Assembly (NCBI GenBank): GCA_976226885.1
Contig: OZ320313.1
Coordinates: 248,001 to 312,000 of the forward strand
Direction of reading: 5' to 3'
DNA from: Iphione sp. A-MEVVRFRX5
Taxonomy: Eukaryota
Length of the DNA: 64,000 nt
Position numbers and translations under genes: made by a program. The notes under the pieces are model-generated. The model made no database searches and was not told where the DNA came from. It was given only the letters and a program-made list of their open reading frames with translations. This document shows, piece after piece, positions 59,081 to 64,000 of the stretch; positions within the stretch are counted from its first letter, which is position 1; the number at the start of each line of letters is the position of its first letter.

Positions 59081-61911
59081 CTTAATTCCATCGCTAAACC
59101 CGTCGACTGGATCCCCCTAATACAGAGTACAGACCAACATCAAGACACATACTCAATTTTAGCAACAGGAGAGCAACAGTACCAGCCAAGGAAATCCTAT
59201 TCAACCTTTGGACCACCGTGGATAAGATCAACTAAAGAATATTGGATTTCTAGTGCTTAAAGAAGAATCTTTTTCATCTTGAATTTTATGTTTAATGCTA
59301 TCAAATTTATATGCTGGAAATACAGAAGAAAGGTGGCTGATATTGGTCTAATATCTTATGAGTACATATAACCAATAAAATCTTTTCCGGTAAATATCTT
59401 TTACATATAGTATAAAAAGACTACATGGTATCATTGTATTATTCTCTATTAGTATGTTTATCAATTACTTATTTTTTGTACTCTATGAGAATGTTTATTG
59501 CTCTGAGAGATTATTTTCAAAAGCAAAGGTGTACCTTTTAGCTCTGCATCCTTCTTTGAAATTATTGTATGAGCTTGAATGGTTGAGATATGTCCAGATT
59601 GACACCAATCACCAACAATGAAAATGAAACACATAAGGGAACATGTGCAAGCAATGCACAAGAACAGCTTCATTATACATTTCATCTTTTTTTCCATGCT
59701 GTTGCCTGTATGTCGGTATTAATACCTTTAAACTAGCCTGCAATATTTAAAGTAAGAAAAGAATGGATTAATGTTGTATTCAACAGATAAGATATATATT
59801 CAAAAATCAACTTTCTCCAAGAAAAAGTTTGAAGTCATTATTTCATACTGAGAATAATGAAATGGTCAGTCCAAGAAATCTAACAAGTTTGCCTGTGACC
59901 TTATTTTTTCATAAAGTTTTACTTTGATGAATTTGGGAACATGGGAGAAGTCTGAGGAATTGTCATTATATTACCTTAATTGCAATTATGTTGTGGTAAC
60001 AGTAATAAGTCATAGTCAAATGCAAGAAAATACAAGCACCTTATTTCATGTAACTAGCCACCTCTGGTATACTATTATCCAAATCTCAGCTTTGCATGCA
60101 TGCAACAAATGATTCCATAATATAACAATTAGTATTACCCCTTGGCCACCAAACAGACATTCAAGATATAAGCATAAAGCTGCTTCATTTCCTTAAAATC
60201 ATGATGATCATAATGTAATGTAATTGTAAATTAATGTAAATTAAGAGAGTGCATAGTACCCACCTCAAATGGATGATAAAGCGATGAATACAATAGTGCC
60301 ATGTCCTATGACCATTTAACTCACCTTTCTCAAAAAAATATGTGCTTGTATGAAGCTTATGGTCCTCTCATAAATACATGAGATCAAACAGGCTGCTCCC
60401 CTCAGTCAAAAGTAATATTCCTAGAGTCTACCTCACATAGGGTGGGAAGTTGGACTTACTGGCACTGATTCAATGATTGAGAGGTTGCAGGTTCAATCCT
60501 AGGCCTGGGACTGTTGACCAGACAGATTTACTGCAGTCTCAAGCCAAAATGGTCAATGTCAAAGGCTGTGGACATATAAGATTCTGTTCCCTATGCAGAA
60601 AAAGTTCCCCAAACACCTGTTTGAAATATAGTAGGGGATGTCCATAGGTGTTCTCGTCTCTCAATTCTCAGTAATAGATGGTAGTATGCTACTCCAGGAG
60701 TAGCAGGAGACTCCACTCTAGGAGCCACCTACATGTGTCCAGACCTCTGTCTGGGTGGCAGAGGGGATGAAACAGATGTAGAGGTTAGGTTCCTCTTGCT
60801 CCCTGTTGCCTTGTTGGGAAGGGCAGGGTCAAACTCTCCCTTCATCGTCTCTCTATGCTAACTGGGTAGTTCCTTGGGACAACCCCACAGAATCTTAGAT
60901 CCCTCTATATTGTAGAAGAGGAAATGCTTCTCCCGTGGCTTCTTTGTTTGAATAGAGTTTTATTTCTGGAATAGAATACAATACATCTGCTCCAGAATGA
61001 GTTATCATGTCTTACATATTATCCAAATAATAACCCTAGAAGGAATGAATTGATAGTTTGAACTTCTCTCTCCTGAGTTGTTCTGCATCAAATTCCACTC
61101 TAGGTCGAGATGCACATCTAGTCAGTGGCAGCATTTCATAAACAGTAGGATATGATTGTTTAATCTCTTTGTAGCTTGACCACATGTTGCTGCCTGATGT
61201 ACCGTATTATGTGCTCCCCTGAAAGGTGTGTTATCCCAGTTGTCTTGCAGCTCCCTACTTATCATGTCCCTGGTTAGCACTCTCTTGTCGCCAAGCAACC
61301 TAGAGAACTGTCAACATAGTACTATTTGCTTATCAATCCCAGTTCTAATACTCAAGCGATGAACATGGAATAAGATAATGTTGATTGGCTAATGCAAGTT
61401 ACATACATTGTTCGAAATGTTGACAAACAAAGTGATGGACTTTTTACTGATCCAATTTTACTTTTGCAAATTATATTAACAAACTATGAATAATAAACAG
61501 TTAAACAGTGATTGATCCAATGGTTTGGGATGCTATTTTCTTTTGAATCATAACTTTTAGGAATTTCTTTTGTGTATCTATTCTGAAATACATCCACACT
61601 TTTCTGTCTAGTGGCTGCTTTTGAGCAAAAATAAGGAGCAAAACTTTGCCTTCTATCAGCACGCCATCTTTGGGGAAGAGGTCAGCTGCCATCACAGAAG
61701 TCATGCTACTCAGGCACAGAAGACTGAGACTAATGCAATTCAGTGTCATTATGCCTCATTGTCATCTAGAGTAGACCCACGTTTATCTTTTAATGAGGGT
61801 CTTAGGGGTCAGCTGGCCCATGATGCATCAGCATGCTCATCTAGACTGTGCTTCCTACACAGGCTAGGACGGAGATGTCACTGTGCCTATGCTGCTAGCC
61901 CTTCATCAGTG

Positions 61912-62744
61912 TGTAACACAACTCAAGACGACACAGGTTTTCCAAGTTAGTTGATCTTTATTCCAACAGGTAGACACTACAAGGTGGCGGATCAGAGCTC
62001 TCCAAAAAGCGATGAGGGGTTCCGGTCATTATATACCGATAGTCCGCACCCCCATGTCAAAGGTTAACACCCTTCCGGTCATAGTTCGTAACCTAGGTAC
62101 AAAGTGCGTGACATATCGTAACCTTAGGTCATAGGTCTTCGGACCTTCGACCTATTCACGTGATCTTAGGTCAGGACAGGTCAAGAATCGCATTAACCCT
62201 CTGTCCCACCCTAACGCCCTTCCATGATGGATGTGAAAGCTGTCATCACCCACCCTGGAAGTGCCTCGAAATCTCCCCTCCGACCCTATGTTTGTTTAGG
62301 CTGACCCGTCACCTGAACATAGTTTATGAGTGTCTACTGGTGTGTGGGATCTCGATTCCCAGACTGTCGATGGCGCCATGTCTGCAACATGATACACCTG
62401 CTGTCTGTGAATCGAGGATCCGCGTTAAAAGACTTATATCTATACACTGTACAATAGAACTCTCTCTCTCTTACCACTGCATTTCACGGTCATATTCATT
62501 ATAGTATGTATGCACAATCATACACGTAATGAGCACAAAATCGTATGTACGAAATTGCATTCATTATGTACGCAAAATACAATGTCCACCAAATGACCAT
62601 AACACAATGTCTACACGTCTGCCAAACTCACGGTTCATATGTATGTGAAACTCGGCGTCCACCATATGATGTCCGTAAAACCGAATGTCCGCAATATTAT
62701 GTATGCGAAACGCAACGTCCGCAATATAACACTACTGTGTTACA
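61912..62744 (-). mobile_element. 3' LTR (833 bp) of a minus-strand LTR retrotransposon
   Basis: TGTAACACA...TGTGTTACA ends; polypurine tract AGGAGGGGAGGGG (62745-62757, minus) abuts the LTR; minus-strand TATA near 62030 and AATAAA near 61957. Confidence 0.85.
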
Positions 62745-64000
62745 CCCCTCCCCTCCTAAGGAGAGATGTGTCCACACATCTTCCCGACGATATCTTTGAA
62801 AGCGATCCCGGCACATCAGCTTGTCCTTCTGCCAGTATTGTCTCTAAAGGGCAGTAACGTTCAATCTGGCAAAGTCACTTTTCAGCCCAGATCACTACTC
62901 AAAGTGGAAAGGAGAACAACAACAGCGGAGTTTACCGAAAGTGCCCGTGAGGCACATTAACTTCGGGTTTAGGGTCACTTCGTGCAACCCATCGAGGAAC
63001 CTCTAAGACAGTCCAGCTGGCGATAGCTCAGTTCGTTCAAGTTCCAGGCAAGGTTCACACATCTATCCGCTGCTCGTCCACATGTCGTCGGCAGGGGGTT
63101 TAGTATTGTCCGTCATAAGTTTATTCCCCCAATGGAAGACTCACTCACTGTTTGGACATTCAAGACATCTACATGAACGAGTTCAAACCACACGGTCTGA
63201 CTCTCTGAATGACCATGAGAATCACATTCATAATGTGCAGTGCTACGGTGGTCGTCTTGACCCTATGGGACGCCACTCACATTTTCATGGGTTGGATGCC
63301 TGGACTGCTCATCACCTAGATGATCAGGCCGGACCCCAACCATGGACCTATTGTTTCGTCAGTCGAAACTTGCAACTGCACTCTCCAATTGGTGTGACGA
63401 GGCCACGCAGGCCCCTTACAGCCAATTATCTGCAGATTAGAACCATTTTCCGAAACGAGAGAGTTCAGTCGGTGCTACACAAGCAGTGCCGGAAGGTTAC
63501 GCAAGGCGGCGTAGCCCTTCGGTGGGAGGAGGTCCCTGAAACTTCTCTTTACACCACCCAGCTTAAGGGCACATCCCCCCAAATAATGGAAGCACAAAGA
63601 GGACATTCTGACAGGACATTACAACAAAAGATTAAATATTTTCCCGTGTGTCTGTTTGCGTGACGAACGATATGTACATCTTGATCAGCTTCAAACATCG
63701 GTCGTCACCACACAGTAAGTACAATACATTTTCTTAGCGGATAATGTAGTACAACAGCTTCATAACTCGAGTAACCATAATATAAAAGACACTCTCTACT
63801 ACTTCTACATGCAGAGAATCACATCAACCGGTATAAATAAACAAAGCATGCTTTTCGAGACTAGAGCAAGAATTCTTTACTCTCCTGCCACCAGTCTAAT
63901 ACACACGCCCCGAGGCCGTAGGAAGTATAGCATTGAGATTTGGTCGTAACAGGGTCGACCTGACTTCATAAGGGTCTAATGGTTCAACAGGGTCAATAAC
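62745..64000 (-). mobile_element. Internal 3' region of the same LTR element, continuing beyond the window
   Basis: Lies upstream of the PPT; no intact minus-strand ORF. Confidence 0.6.

Noticed and set aside
60460-60510. tRNA-derived SINE head (GGTTCAATCC)
   Set aside because: B box only; no convincing A box, tail or TSD.
61100-61320. Possible integrase remnant (QDNWD..AHNTVH) on the minus strand
   Set aside because: Too short and degenerate to support without a search.
63082-63663. 193-aa plus-strand ORF inside the LTR element
   Set aside because: Antisense to the element and with no recognisable motif; cannot be separated from chance.

Overview
Eukaryotic genomic DNA, very likely an invertebrate animal (GT-AG introns, metazoan transposon families, no prokaryotic features), dominated by mobile elements. 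In order: a deleted Gypsy/Ty3 RT fragment; a decayed CR1/L2-group LINE; a 6.6-kb DIRS1-type element with intact termini (ITRs plus ICR) whose interior is a 232-bp satellite array and a tyrosine-recombinase remnant; and a 5.1-kb TTAA-flanked piggyBac. The piggyBac carries a fully in-frame 7-exon transposase and a predicted second, convergent 4-exon gene that the ORF track cannot show. Further on are a solo LTR, a Crypton remnant, MITEs and minisatellites; a 782-aa Glu/Pro/Ala/Lys-rich host ORF; a GT31 beta-1,3-glycosyltransferase exon with a truncated tandem copy; and a 3 x 1.8-kb tandem amplification. These are followed by a TSD-flanked Penelope-like element with hammerhead ribozymes and extra 3' zinc-finger ORFs, and the 3' LTR of another LTR retrotransposon running off the right edge. 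All calls come from reading and hand-translating the sequence; no database searches were run.
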